Shown here: positions 32,718 to 42,886 of the stretch, one piece after another | How the letters are laid out: every line of letters starts with the position of its first letter | Position numbering within the stretch: the first letter of the stretch is position 1 | Source of the DNA: an uncultured Chloroflexia bacterium | Lineage (GTDB): Bacteria > Chloroflexota > Anaerolineae > Anaerolineales > UBA11858 | Direction of reading: 5' to 3' | DNA length: 64,000 nt | Assembly: GCA_963751575.1 (NCBI GenBank) | Contig: CAVVUX010000002.1 | Coordinates: forward strand, 367,984-431,983 | Notes under the pieces: model-generated | Seen by the model: the letters and a program-made list of their open reading frames with translations, nothing else | The model's database searches: none | Told to the model about the DNA's origin: nothing | Made by a program: the position numbers and the translations under genes

Positions 32718-33622
32718 ATGACCAGAGAAGTAATGCTGGGTAATCGCCCGGTGGGAGATGGCCATCCAGTTTATATTATTGCTGAGATTGGGATTAACCA
32801 TAATGGTGATCTGGATGTAGCCAAACAACTGATTGATGCCGCAGTGGAAGCTGGTTGTGATGCAGTAAAATTCCAAAAGCGAACACCAGAATTATGTGTT
32901 CCGGAGGACCAGAGGGATAAAATGCGCCATACTCCCTGGGGATATATCAGCTATATGGAATATCGTGAAAAAGTGGAATTTGATCACGACCAGTTCAGTG
33001 AAATTGTAGATTATTGTGCCAAAAATCAAATAGATTGGCAGGCCTCCGCCTGGGACGAACTATCGGTGGATTTCCTGGAACAATTTAATCCTATTGCTCA
33101 TAAGGTAGCTTCAGCATCCCTGACAGATGCAGACCTGTTAAAGAAGATGCGCGATCAGGGAAGGCCTATCATTCTCTCGACGGGTATGTCCGAGATGGAG
33201 CAGATCGAAGCTGCTGTCGAAATGTTGGAACGGATGATTTGATCCTGGCCCACTGCACCAGCTCATACCCCTGTCCTCCAGGGGAATTGAACTTGAGAAT
33301 GATTCAAACATTGCGGAATATATATCCCTGTCCGATTGGATATTCAGGGCATGAAGTTGGATTACCAACAACCGTTGCAGCTGTGACTCTTGGTGCCTCG
33401 TTGATTGAACGCCATATTACACTCGATAGGGCTATGTGGGGTTCTGATCAGGCTGCATCTGTTGAACCGGCAGGCCTGAGACGACTGGTGAAATATATCC
33501 GCGTAGTGGAGGAAGCTCTTGGTGATGGAGTCAAAACTGTTTATGAGAGTGAAAAAACCAGTCTTGATAAATTGCGCCGAGTGGATTCTTTACCGATTAG
33601 GGGCAGGATCAAGAAGAATTAG
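32718..33622 (+). pseudogene. neuB: N-acetylneuraminate/nonulosonate synthase (NeuB family), one frame disruption
   Basis: PVYIIAEIGINHNGDLDVAKQLIDAAVEAGCDAVKFQ is the NeuB N-terminal block. A -1 shift at ~33215-33225 (..EAAVE | NVGTDDLILAHCTSSYPCPP) leads to GYSGHEVG and LIERHITLDR. Confidence 0.8.
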
Positions 33623-33662
33623 CCAAAGTGCAACTGATAGAAAGTGAGGAAACTCAGATAAT

Positions 33663-35212
33663 ATGAGACCCCTCTTGAAAAAACTTAATAGGGGAATACA
33701 AAAACTGCGCTTATTCTACCTGGTTGGTCAGTCTAAACAGGAAAATAGCCGCAGAAGTAGATCCGGATCGATCTGAAAAACCGGTCGTGTTTTTTAACGC
33801 CTCAGCCAGGTTGGAAGGATTGAATCAAAACGGGGCCTTTAATCTGATCTCAAGCTGGGGTATCCAATTAGCTGGCAGACAGGTTTATCATTTTTCTTGC
33901 CGATCCGGAATGAGCCAGTGTGTTATGGGAGCAGGGCTGGGTGATCCCATGGATCCTCCTCCCTGTCAGGGATGCATTCAATACACCAAACTCTTTACTG
34001 GCGCTGCCAAAAGTTTCTGGTTTGATTATTCAGAAGATCCCCAATTACGGGAAATCTTCAAGGTAAATCTGTATCTGATCTGCATAAAGATTGAATATAA
34101 AGGACGTCCCCTTGGTGAGCTTGTTACGGCAAGCGCTCGCTGGATCCTTCGCAGGCATCATTTAGAGGAAGACCAGGTCACTCGTTATATATTGTGTGAA
34201 TTCATTCTTTCAGCGAACTCTATTGCTGACGCTTTTTCTAGGTTTTTGATTGAAGTAACACCTGAAGTAATTGTCTTGTTTAACGGATTAATGTTTCCAG
34301 AGGCAGTAGTCAGTTGGGTCGCGAAAACAGAAGCAATCAGAGTAATCACCTATGAAGTGAATTTGCAGCCTTTCTCGGCTTTTTTTACGTCCTAACCAGG
34401 CAACCAGCTATCCAATGGATATTCCCCCGGATTTTAGACTCTCTGATCCACAAAATCAGCTTCTGGACCATTATCTGGAAAAACGGTTTCAAGGGGGATT
34501 TTAAAATGGCTGGAATTAAATTCTGGCCAGCTATGGACCAATTACCAGCTGATTTCTTAGCTCATGCAGACCAATTCGACCAGCTGGTTCCTGTCTTTAC
34601 TAATGTGATCTTTGATACCAGTCAGGCCTTTGCCAATGTGATCTTTTCGAGATATGTTCGATTGGCTTGACCATGTGATCGGGACAGCAGGCAGATATCC
34701 GGATACTCTTTTTGTGATCAGGGCCCATCCGGATGAGATGAGAAAAGGTAAAAGCAGCCAGGAAAGTGTCCTTTCCTGGGCAGCAGGTATTGATCTTGCC
34801 GAGCTTGCCAAATGTCATGATTATTGGACCGAATGAGACATTAAGTTCTTATGAGCTTATCCAACGGCTCAAGTTTGTCATGGTTTATAACTCTTCGATC
34901 GGTCTAGAAGCTTCTTTGTTAGGCCGTCCCGTCCTCTGTGCGGGAAAGGCCCGTTATACTCAATATCCAACCGTTTTCTTTCCGGATTCGTTGGCGCAGT
35001 ATGAAGATTTGTTGGATAACTTCCTCAGTTCGCCTTCGATCTTCCTTCCTGAAGATTTTAAAGAAAACGCACGCAAGTTCTTATTTTATCAACTGTACAG
35101 AACATCGCTTCCTTTTGGTGAATTTCTAACAGAACATACAACTCCTGGATATGTCCAGATTAAGAAATATTCCTTTGGAAAAACTAAAACCCGGAAGTTC
35201 AAAGGTCATTGA
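33663..35212 (+). pseudogene. capsule-biosynthesis (KpsS/KpsC, Capsule_synth-like) glycosyltransferase, four to five frame disruptions
   Basis: Segments occupy frames 0>1>2>0>1>2, with shifts at ~33720, ~34390, the G5 run 34493-34497, ~34650 and ~34800. Family-like blocks are VPVFTNVIFDTSQAF, LFVIRAHPDE and VMVYNSSIGLEASLLGRPVLCAGKARY. Confidence 0.55.
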
Positions 35213-35270
35213 CACAGTTGTAAATGGTATCCTTGCAGGTGAGAGAATTTATTTTGGAGACCGACGAATT

Positions 35271-36137
35271 ATGAAACTCTATTATCGGATCAAGCGCAAA
35301 CTCAAGTTGTTGAGGTTGAAATTCAGGAGATTTCAAGCAGCCAGGCGCTGGGGCAGAGATGCCCTGGCACAAGCTCCTCCTGTGCTTGGATTTGCAATTC
35401 CTAAAGCGGGCTCTCATCTGATAATCCAGATCTTATATGGGTTAACCAGGATTGGCCCATTTGTTAAACCAGGCTTGCCGCCGGTAAATCGATTTGAGGA
35501 TAATACAAAACAGATTGAAGCAACCATTCTCGATGAAATTACTGGGATGCGTTCTGGAGAGATCCGGTACGGATATTTGCACTCGAAAGAGCCCTACCTC
35601 TCTGCAATCACCGCTCCTGGTAGGGCATCAATTTTTGTCTACCGAGATCCCCGAGACCAATTGGTCTCCCTTGTTTTTTATGCAAAAGATATGCAGCTTG
35701 ATCATCACATGCATAAATATTTCGATCAAGGATTATCGACCATGGAAGAACGCTTAAATGTTGTGATAGAAGGTAGTGATCTTCCTGAACTGCTGATGGT
35801 GAACGTCCGGGAGAGATATGAGGATTATCTGGGCTGGTTTGAAGAGGACGATGTTCTCTGCCTGAAATTTGAGGATCTTATTCTTGATCAGGAAAACACC
35901 CTGGGGAACATTCTTGATTATATTGAACAATTTGGAGTTTCTCTTTCAGTATCCAGACCTGAGGCAATCAAGGTATTAATGGACGCTATACAACCAAAAG
36001 ACTCAGGTACTTTTCGTAAAGGCGAGCCTGGCAGTTGGAAAGATCACTTTACTGAGGAAAATAAACGACGATTCAAAGCGGTTGCAGGAGACTTGTTATC
36101 CAGATTGGGATACGAGGAAAATGACCAGGATTGGTGA
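35271..36137 (+). CDS. sulfotransferase
   Basis: GFAIPKAGSHLI is 5'-PSB-like and FVYRDPRDQLVS is 3'-PB-like. The ORF is open from 35151, but ATG 35271 (MKLYYRIKRKLK) is the likely start. Confidence 0.7.
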   Translation: MKLYYRIKRKLKLLRLKFRRFQAARRWGRDALAQAPPVLGFAIPKAGSHLIIQILYGLTRIGPFVKPGLPPVNRFEDNTKQIEATILDEITGMRSGEIRYGYLHSKEPYLSAITAPGRASIFVYRDPRDQLVSLVFYAKDMQLDHHMHKYFDQGLSTMEERLNVVIEGSDLPELLMVNVRERYEDYLGWFEEDDVLCLKFEDLILDQENTLGNILDYIEQFGVSLSVSRPEAIKVLMDAIQPKDSGTFRKGEPGSWKDHFTEENKRRFKAVAGDLLSRLGYEENDQDW

Positions 36138-36155
36138 ACTTAAGCTGAGTGAATT

Positions 36156-37124
36156 ATGAATACTTCTAAACCTCTCTGTTCAATTGTGATCCGGGCTTTT
36201 AATGAAGAAAAGCACATTGGAAAGCTGCTTGCAGGTATCCAACTGCAGACCTATCCGGCAGTTGAGATAATCTTGGTAGATTCTGGTTCGAGAGACAACA
36301 CGCTGAAAATAGCCAGTAAGTATCCCGTTAAAATAGTTCCAATTGCTTCTTCTGAGTTTACGTTTGGGCGATCTCTTAATCGCGGTATTGCTGCCGCAGC
36401 TGGTGATCTGATTGTCATCATCAGTGCCCATTGTTATCCGGTTTATCCAGATTGGTTGGAAAAAATGCTTGACCCATTTGAGGATGATCTGATTGCCGTC
36501 AGTTATGGAAAGCAGCGGGGTGGTGAAAGCAACCATTTCTCTGAGCATCAATTTTTCAGAACCTATTTTCCCGATATCAGCCAACCCGATCAGGGTCAGC
36601 CATATACCCACAATGCCAATGCTGCAATTCGCAGATCGATTTGGGAGCAGCATCACTACGATGAAGGCATAACAGGACTGGAAGATCTGGCTTGGAGTAG
36701 TTGGGCGAAGGAGGAGGGTTATAAAATCGCCTACGTGGCCGAAGCCGAGATTATTCATATTCACGATGAAACTTACGGTCAGGTTCAGAACCGCTATCAA
36801 AGGGAAGCCATTGCTATGAAGCAGATCCTGCCCGAGAGCAAATTTTCTTGGCGAAACATGATCAGTATGCTGCTGAGAAAGGTCGCCAGGGATTTTTCTC
36901 AATCAAAGAGGGAGGGGAGGTTTTTTAAAGAGTTCTGGGGAATTATTCGCTTTCGTTTTATGCAATATCTGGGTACCTGGCAAGGATACCGCTATTCTGG
37001 CAAGATCGATCAGAATCTTCACACAAAGTTTTACTATCCTCCTGGTATCTTGACTGAAAAAATACCTATTTCTCGGCCTGTAGAACCCATTCAGTATCCA
37101 CAAGATGCTGATGAGGAGAACTGA
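36156..37124 (+). CDS. glycosyltransferase family 2
   Basis: CSIVIRAFNEEKHIGKLL...ILVDSGSRDNT plus a DxD-like region. The ORF is an intact 322 aa. Confidence 0.75.
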   Translation: MNTSKPLCSIVIRAFNEEKHIGKLLAGIQLQTYPAVEIILVDSGSRDNTLKIASKYPVKIVPIASSEFTFGRSLNRGIAAAAGDLIVIISAHCYPVYPDWLEKMLDPFEDDLIAVSYGKQRGGESNHFSEHQFFRTYFPDISQPDQGQPYTHNANAAIRRSIWEQHHYDEGITGLEDLAWSSWAKEEGYKIAYVAEAEIIHIHDETYGQVQNRYQREAIAMKQILPESKFSWRNMISMLLRKVARDFSQSKREGRFFKEFWGIIRFRFMQYLGTWQGYRYSGKIDQNLHTKFYYPPGILTEKIPISRPVEPIQYPQDADEEN

Positions 37125-37129
37125 TATTT

Positions 37130-37798
37130 ATGACAAAATTAGCAGCCCTTGTTCCCATGAAACATAATTCCCAACGCGTTCCAGAAAAGAATTATCGGGA
37201 TCTAAGCGGAAAACCATTATTCCATCATATTTTGTTGACTTTATTATCCGTTCCGGAAATTGATCTGATTTGTGTTGACACTGATAGCATAGTGATAAAA
37301 CAAGGCATATTGGAACACTTTCCAGCTGTCACTGTAATTGACCGCCCGCTGGACTTGAGGGCTGATACCATCCCTATGAACCGGATTATCGAACATGATA
37401 TGTCAGTGATCCAGGCTGATTTATATCTGCAAACTCACAGTACCAATCCATTGTTAAAGGCCGAGACTATATCCAGGTCCATCAGGTTGTATCATGATCT
37501 AAAAGATCAATCTGACTCTTTATTCTCGGTTACTCGTTTGCAAAAACGGCTTTACAGCAGGGCAGGTAAGGCATTAAACCATGACCCTTCAGAATTGGTC
37601 CAAACCCAGGATTTACCACCTTTGTACGAAGAAAATTCATGCATCTACCTTTTTTCTGAGGCTGGAATGAAAAAATCTGGCCATAGGATCGGCAGCAATC
37701 CTTTGATGTTTGAAATTGACCCTTCTGAAGCCTGGGATATAGATACACCGCTGGATTTTAAGATTGTCCAATGTTTGATGAATCAGAAAGGTAGGTGA
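37130..37798 (+). CDS. acylneuraminate cytidylyltransferase-family (CTP_transf_3) nucleotidyltransferase, second copy
   Basis: LAALVPMKHNSQRVPEKNYRDLSGKPLFHHIL matches the N-terminal CTP_transf_3 pattern. The ORF is an intact 222 aa. Confidence 0.7.
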   Translation: MTKLAALVPMKHNSQRVPEKNYRDLSGKPLFHHILLTLLSVPEIDLICVDTDSIVIKQGILEHFPAVTVIDRPLDLRADTIPMNRIIEHDMSVIQADLYLQTHSTNPLLKAETISRSIRLYHDLKDQSDSLFSVTRLQKRLYSRAGKALNHDPSELVQTQDLPPLYEENSCIYLFSEAGMKKSGHRIGSNPLMFEIDPSEAWDIDTPLDFKIVQCLMNQKGR

Positions 37799-37801
37799 AT
37801 T

Positions 37802-38770
37802 ATGCCGATAGTTTTGTTTTCAGCGCCCTACATGATTCCATTTCTTGACAGGTTTCAACCTGTTCTGGCCAGATTTGGGGTAGAGTTGATCGTCCCCGAG
37901 GTTGAAGAGCGACTTGAAGAGGAACAGATTCTGGAATTTGCAGGAAAATTTGATGGGGTGATTTGTGGAGATGACCGGTTTTCCCGCCAGGTTATAGAGG
38001 CCTGCCTGCCAAGATTGAAGGTGATCTCCAAATGGGGTACGGGGATCGATTCGATCGATAAAGAGGCCTGTCAGGAGTTAGGAGTTGTTCTCGGTAATAC
38101 ACCAAATGCCTTTACAATTCCTGTTGCAGATTCGATTCTGGGTTATATGCTCAGCTTCGCCCGCCAGCTTCCCCAAATGGATCGAGCCATGAAAGAAGGA
38201 AACTGGAAAAAGATTCCGGGAAAGTCTTTGAGTGAATGTATCCTTGGCGTCATAGGTATCGGCAATATTGGTAGTGCAGTCGTTACCCGGGCCCATGCTT
38301 TTAATATGAAAATTCTTGGTACTGATATTCGCCAGATCGATTCGGATTTTGTCAAAAAATATTCCTTGGAAATGGTCAGTTTGAAGGAGTTGCTGGAAAA
38401 ATCAGATTTCATCAGCATCAACTGCGATTTGAATCCATCCAGCCATCACATCATTGATAAAACTGCTCTTTCGATTATCAAACCTGGAGCAATCCTGATC
38501 AACACTGCCCGGGGTCCATTAGTGGATGAGAAAGCCTTAATAGAGGCTTTGCAATCTGGGCGATTGGCTGGAGCAGCCCTGGATGTTTATGAGTTTGAAC
38601 CTTTGCGAGAGGACAATCGGCTGAGGACATTTGCCAACGTGTTGTTAGCGCCTCATAACTCCAATTCAAGTCCGGGTGCCTGGGAGAAGGTTCACTGGAA
38701 TACAATCAAGAATTTGTTGGATGGTTTGGATATACGTTACCAGATCAATGAAAAGGGTGAAATCTCATGA
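37802..38770 (+). CDS. D-isomer-specific 2-hydroxyacid dehydrogenase family protein
   Basis: GVIGIGNIGSAV is the NAD-binding motif. LINTARGPLVDEKAL and APHNSN match the catalytic R/E/H pattern of the family. Confidence 0.8.
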   Translation: MPIVLFSAPYMIPFLDRFQPVLARFGVELIVPEVEERLEEEQILEFAGKFDGVICGDDRFSRQVIEACLPRLKVISKWGTGIDSIDKEACQELGVVLGNTPNAFTIPVADSILGYMLSFARQLPQMDRAMKEGNWKKIPGKSLSECILGVIGIGNIGSAVVTRAHAFNMKILGTDIRQIDSDFVKKYSLEMVSLKELLEKSDFISINCDLNPSSHHIIDKTALSIIKPGAILINTARGPLVDEKALIEALQSGRLAGAALDVYEFEPLREDNRLRTFANVLLAPHNSNSSPGAWEKVHWNTIKNLLDGLDIRYQINEKGEIS

Positions 38771-39525
38771 AAAATAAAAGTGTCGTGATTACAGGCGCGG
38801 CTGGCGGAATAGGTCAAGCATCGGTCAAAGTATTCATTAAAGATGACTGGTTTGTTTTTGGTATAGATCGATCATCTTATCCGGGTAAGTTTCCAGATTC
38901 CGGTTTATTTATTAAAGCTGATGTCGCCGAGGAAGAAGATTGGAATGAAATTCATTCTAAGATCTCCAAACTCACAAACAATATTGATGGATTGATTAAC
39001 AATGCTGCTATTCAGATTACTAAACCGCTGGTAGAAACATCAGTTGAAGAGTGGGACAAAGTATTGAACGCAAACTTGAGATCAGTATTTCTCAGTGTGA
39101 AAATGCTCTATCCATTATTGAAATTGGGTAGAGGAGGCGCAATAGTCAATGTTTCATCGGTCCATGCAGTAGCAACATCGAAAGATATCGCAGCTTATGC
39201 TGCTTCAAAGGGCGGCATGCTGGCCCTGACCAGGGCCCTGGCTGTTGAATTAGCGGAAGACAATATCAGGGTCAATGCGGTTCTGCCGGGAGCAGTCGAT
39301 ACCGGAATGCTCAGGGCTGGTTTAAACAGGGATCATGCAGGCGGAGGTTCCGCCGAGGAACGCCTGGAAAATTTAGCCCGCAGAACGGTCAGCGGGAAGA
39401 TCGGAACACCGGAAGAGATTGCCCGGGCAATCCTTTTTCTGACTGATAATGATAGGTCGTCCTTTATAACCGGCCAGCCATTGATCATTGATGGTGGTGC
39501 CACCGCAAGATTGAGCACAGAATAA
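38767..39525 (+). CDS. short-chain dehydrogenase/reductase
   Basis: TGAAGGIGQ, NNAA, YAASKGGMLALTR (YxxxK) and IIDGG. The start overlaps the upstream stop (ATGA). Confidence 0.8.
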   Translation: MKNKSVVITGAAGGIGQASVKVFIKDDWFVFGIDRSSYPGKFPDSGLFIKADVAEEEDWNEIHSKISKLTNNIDGLINNAAIQITKPLVETSVEEWDKVLNANLRSVFLSVKMLYPLLKLGRGGAIVNVSSVHAVATSKDIAAYAASKGGMLALTRALAVELAEDNIRVNAVLPGAVDTGMLRAGLNRDHAGGGSAEERLENLARRTVSGKIGTPEEIARAILFLTDNDRSSFITGQPLIIDGGATARLSTE

Positions 39526-39529
39526 GTCT

Positions 39530-40382
39530 ATGACTTCTTTTAAGCAATCTCTCCGGGATATGCTCCCACCTGAACTTTACCAGTCTCTCCAGAATGGCAG
39601 AGATGCCATTGTTCGTCTGGCTGACATTCCAGGTGTATATCTTCATCCCTGGAAATTGGATTCCAATCGCAGGATCATCAAATATCAAAACAGGTATTCT
39701 GGACAACGCTGTTTTGTGATCGGCAATGGTCCAAGTTTGAACAAGATGGACCTATCTTACCTGAAGAATGAAATCACCTTTGGTATGAACAGGGTTTATC
39801 TTGCATTTAATGAGTGGAAATTCCAAACAAGTTTTTTGGTGTCAATAAACGATCTGGTGATTGAACAGAGCCGGGAGGAATTACGTGAATCTGACCATGC
39901 CCAAATTCTTTTCATGGCGGTCACGAGAGCTGCTGTACCCGGAACGGCCAACCGGATGAGCATACTCATTTTTTGCATACACATCCTATACCGGACCAAA
40001 ATTTTCTGATCACCTGCGGGCACGTTTTTGGGAGGGAGCTACAGTGACTTATATCTGTCTCCAGCTGGCCTATTGTATGGGTTTCCAGGAAGTTTATTTG
40101 ATCGGCGTGGATCATAATTTTGATACAAAAGGAAAAGCCAATCAGACAATTACATCAAAAGGAAATGACCCCAATCATTTTAGTCCTGATTATTTTGGGA
40201 AAGGTTTCCGCTGGCAGCTGCCGGACCTGGAGACCTCAGAAAGAGCGTATCGCCTGGCAGATCAAAAATATTTGCAAAATGGTCGGCAAATTTTTGATGC
40301 TACGCTTGGTGGAAAATTATCAGTCTTCCCAAAGGTAGATTATAAAGGACTATTCAGCGGAGATCGGAGGGGCATCATATAA
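39530..40382 (+). pseudogene. CstII (GT42)/Maf (DUF115)-like putative nonulosonic-acid transferase, frame shift plus in-frame TGA
   Basis: CFVIGNGPSLNKMDLSYLKNEITFGMNRVYLAF parallels the GNGPSL block of CstII/Maf proteins, and TVTYICLQLAYCMGFQEVYLIGVDHNF parallels the second conserved block. The frame moves 2>0 between 39861 and 39897, and there is an in-frame TGA at 39957-39959. Confidence 0.55.
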
Positions 40383-40384
40383 TA

Positions 40385-41824
40385 ATGGTAATGAAGAAAT
40401 CAATCTTAGCTCCCACACGATTCTGGTATATAGTCCTCCTGGCAGTGGTCCTGGTCTGCGGCCTGGTGACCAGACTCTACGATCTGACCGATCCCCCCTG
40501 GATTTTGCTTCAACGCGCCAGCTCAGGTCAGCTTTAATTGCTCGAGGTATGTACTATCCCAAATTGGATGACGCCCCGGATTGGCAGCAGGAGATCGCGG
40601 AAAAACAAGGCAGACACAGTATGATCGAACCGACCATATTGGAGTCAATCGTAGCGGGAACGTATTTTCTAGTTGGCGCAGAATATATTTGGATAGCTCG
40701 GATTTACTCATCGATTATTCTGGGTCCTGGGTGGGCTGGCATTGTTTTTTCTTGTTGAAGAATTGGTTTCAACCGATGCTGCGTTTTTTGGGCTCGCCTA
40801 TTATTTATTTGTTCCTTTTGGCATTATCGCCAGCAGGAGTTTTCAACCCGATCCGCTTTTAACGGCTTGATCATTGTTTCCTGGTGGACATTCTTCAAAT
40901 GGTATCGATCATCGACCTGGAAATGGGCTCTGATTGCAGGTCTTTCTTCCGGTGCGGCAATGATCGTAAAGTCAACAGCAGTCTTCTTCCTGTTATTTGC
41001 TTTTGCATTTTTGGTTCTTCAGAAAGATCAATTTCAAGAAATTGATCCGTGACAAGCAGGTCTGGACAATTTTGACCCTTTCTGGGCTTCCAGTCCTGGC
41101 CTATCATATTTATGGTGTTTTTATCGTTGGATCGTTGGGGGAACAATTCCAGGGCCGTTTCTTCCCTCAAATGTTGAGTGACCCTCGTTATTATCTGCAG
41201 TGGAAGAACGCCATTTCATCTGTTTCAGGTCACTATTTGATCCTGATCGCAGCCATCGTGGGTTTGGCCCTGTATTTCCGGAAAGCGAAACTTTGGTATC
41301 TTCTGGGGATAGGATTCGGATATATTCTTTACTGTTTATTCTTTACCTACCATATCACAACCCACTACTATTATCATCTGCCGCTGATTCCATTTGTCGG
41401 CATCCTGTTGGCCGGTTTATATGAATTCATTATCAAATTCTTCCAGCACAAAGTCTTTTCGACGTTAATCCGGGTTGTTTTGGGCTTGATCCTGCTTGCG
41501 GGGGTTAGCGGAGGCTACTATATCCTGCATCAGGAAGATTACAGCAATGTACCGTACTATTACAGCAAGGTTGCCGGTTTTGTTGAGTGGGATGCAAAAA
41601 TAATTACCTTAAGCCAGGATTATGGAAATCGGATAGCTTTTTATGGTTGGATCATTCCCAGGCAGTGGAAGAACATTGGTGACACTGCCTATGACCAACT
41701 CCGCGGCGCTGAATCGGACCCATTCCTGGAAAAATTTGAGGAGTACACGGATGGTTATGATTATTTCCTGATCACACAGCTGAACCAGCTGGAAAAGCAG
41801 GAAGAGTTATTCAACCATCTATAA
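40385..41824 (+). pseudogene. GT-C-like membrane glycosyltransferase (ArnT/PMT_2-like), four frame disruptions
   Basis: ATG 40385 opens MVMKKSILAPTRFWYIVLLAVVLVCGLVTRLYDLTDPP. A -1 shift at the C6 run 40493-40498 gives LDFASTRQLRSALIARGMYY... A +1 shift at ~40715 gives WVLGGLALFFLVEELVSTDAAFFGLAYYLFVPFGIIASRSFQPDPLLTA. A -1 shift at ~40865 gives IIVSWWTFFKWYRSSTWKWALIAGLSSGAAMIVKS... A +1 shift at ~41020 reaches the end at 41824. Confidence 0.6.
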
Positions 41825-41898
41825 TAATACCTTTATCGTTCATGTCGAAGGTGGAGGTTATATTATCTATGATCTCAACCAGAGAAAATGACTAAATT

Positions 41899-42803
41899 AT
41901 GAGCTGGCAGCCGTTAGTTTCCATTGTGACACCCTCCTATAACCAGGTAAATTATCTTGGAAGTACTATTAAATCAGTCCTGGAGCAGGATTATCCAAAG
42001 ATTGAATATGGAGTTGTGGATGGTGGCTCAGATGATGGCAGTATTAATGTTATCAAGAAGTATGAGAAACAATTAAGTTGGTGGGTCTCTGAACCTGATC
42101 AAGGCCAAAGCCATGCGATTAATAAAGGCATTAACCGCAGCCATGGTGAAGTGGTTGCGCTGGTTGAATTCCGATGATATCTATCTTCCGAACGCGGTAT
42201 CTCAGGCAATTGATTGCATGGAACGATATCAAGTGGACCTGGTTTTTGGAAATGCGATTATTATCGATGAAACTGGAAATCCTCTGGGTGATTTGAGGTT
42301 TGAGGATTGGGGGTTGGAGGATTTTTTGCGTTTCAGGGTTATTTGCCAGCCTGCGGTTTTTATGAAACGGCATGTCTGGGACGAAGTATCAGGTTTGGAT
42401 AATGATTTTCATTATATGCTCGATCATCAGCTCTGGATCAAGATTTCCCACTTGTTCTCCGTGAAATTCATACCTTCCTTTTGGGCAGCGTCGAGATATC
42501 ATAAACAGGCAAAAAATGTTGCCCAGGCAGCGGGATTCTCAGAGGATATTCTCGAGTTGCTGGATTGGATCAAGAAAGACCAGGCGCTTAGTAAATTTTA
42601 TGATCAAGATCAGGATCATATTAGAGGTGGTGCCTATCGGTTGAGCGGTCGGTATCTGTTGGATGGAGACTTTCCGTTCAAGGCCCTGATTGATTATTGC
42701 CGTGCCATCAGGTATTGGCCAGTCCTATGCATTAAAACATTGGCGCAGGATTTTGTTTTCCCTGATCAGTCTGATCACTCCCCTTAAAATTAGATCAGTT
42801 TAG
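41899..42803 (+). pseudogene. glycosyltransferase family 2, one to two frame disruptions
   Basis: [42 protein letters not shown], then a +1 shift at ~42157-42162 (GEVVA | WLNSDDIYL). A possible second +1 shift at ~42720 gives the C-terminus SYALKHWRRILFSLISLITPLKIRSV, with the stop at 42801-42803. Confidence 0.7.
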
Positions 42804-42886
42804 CAAGGTGCCCCTCAAATCGACCCCTGAGGATTGGGGAAATTTATCCAAGCTGGCCGGGAATTAATCTTGATCGAGGACCTCCC

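Noticed and set aside
36180-36902. 240-aa ORF antisense to the GT2 gene at 36156-37124
   Set aside because: It lies entirely inside a well-supported plus-strand gene. Its translation is low-complexity and has no recognisable motifs, which is typical of a shadow ORF.
39957-39959. In-frame TGA read as evidence for an alternative genetic code or selenocysteine
   Set aside because: TGA clearly terminates many well-supported genes here, for example pcrA at 5527-5529 and gmd at 20038-20040. I saw no SECIS-like hairpin, so a nonsense lesion is simpler.
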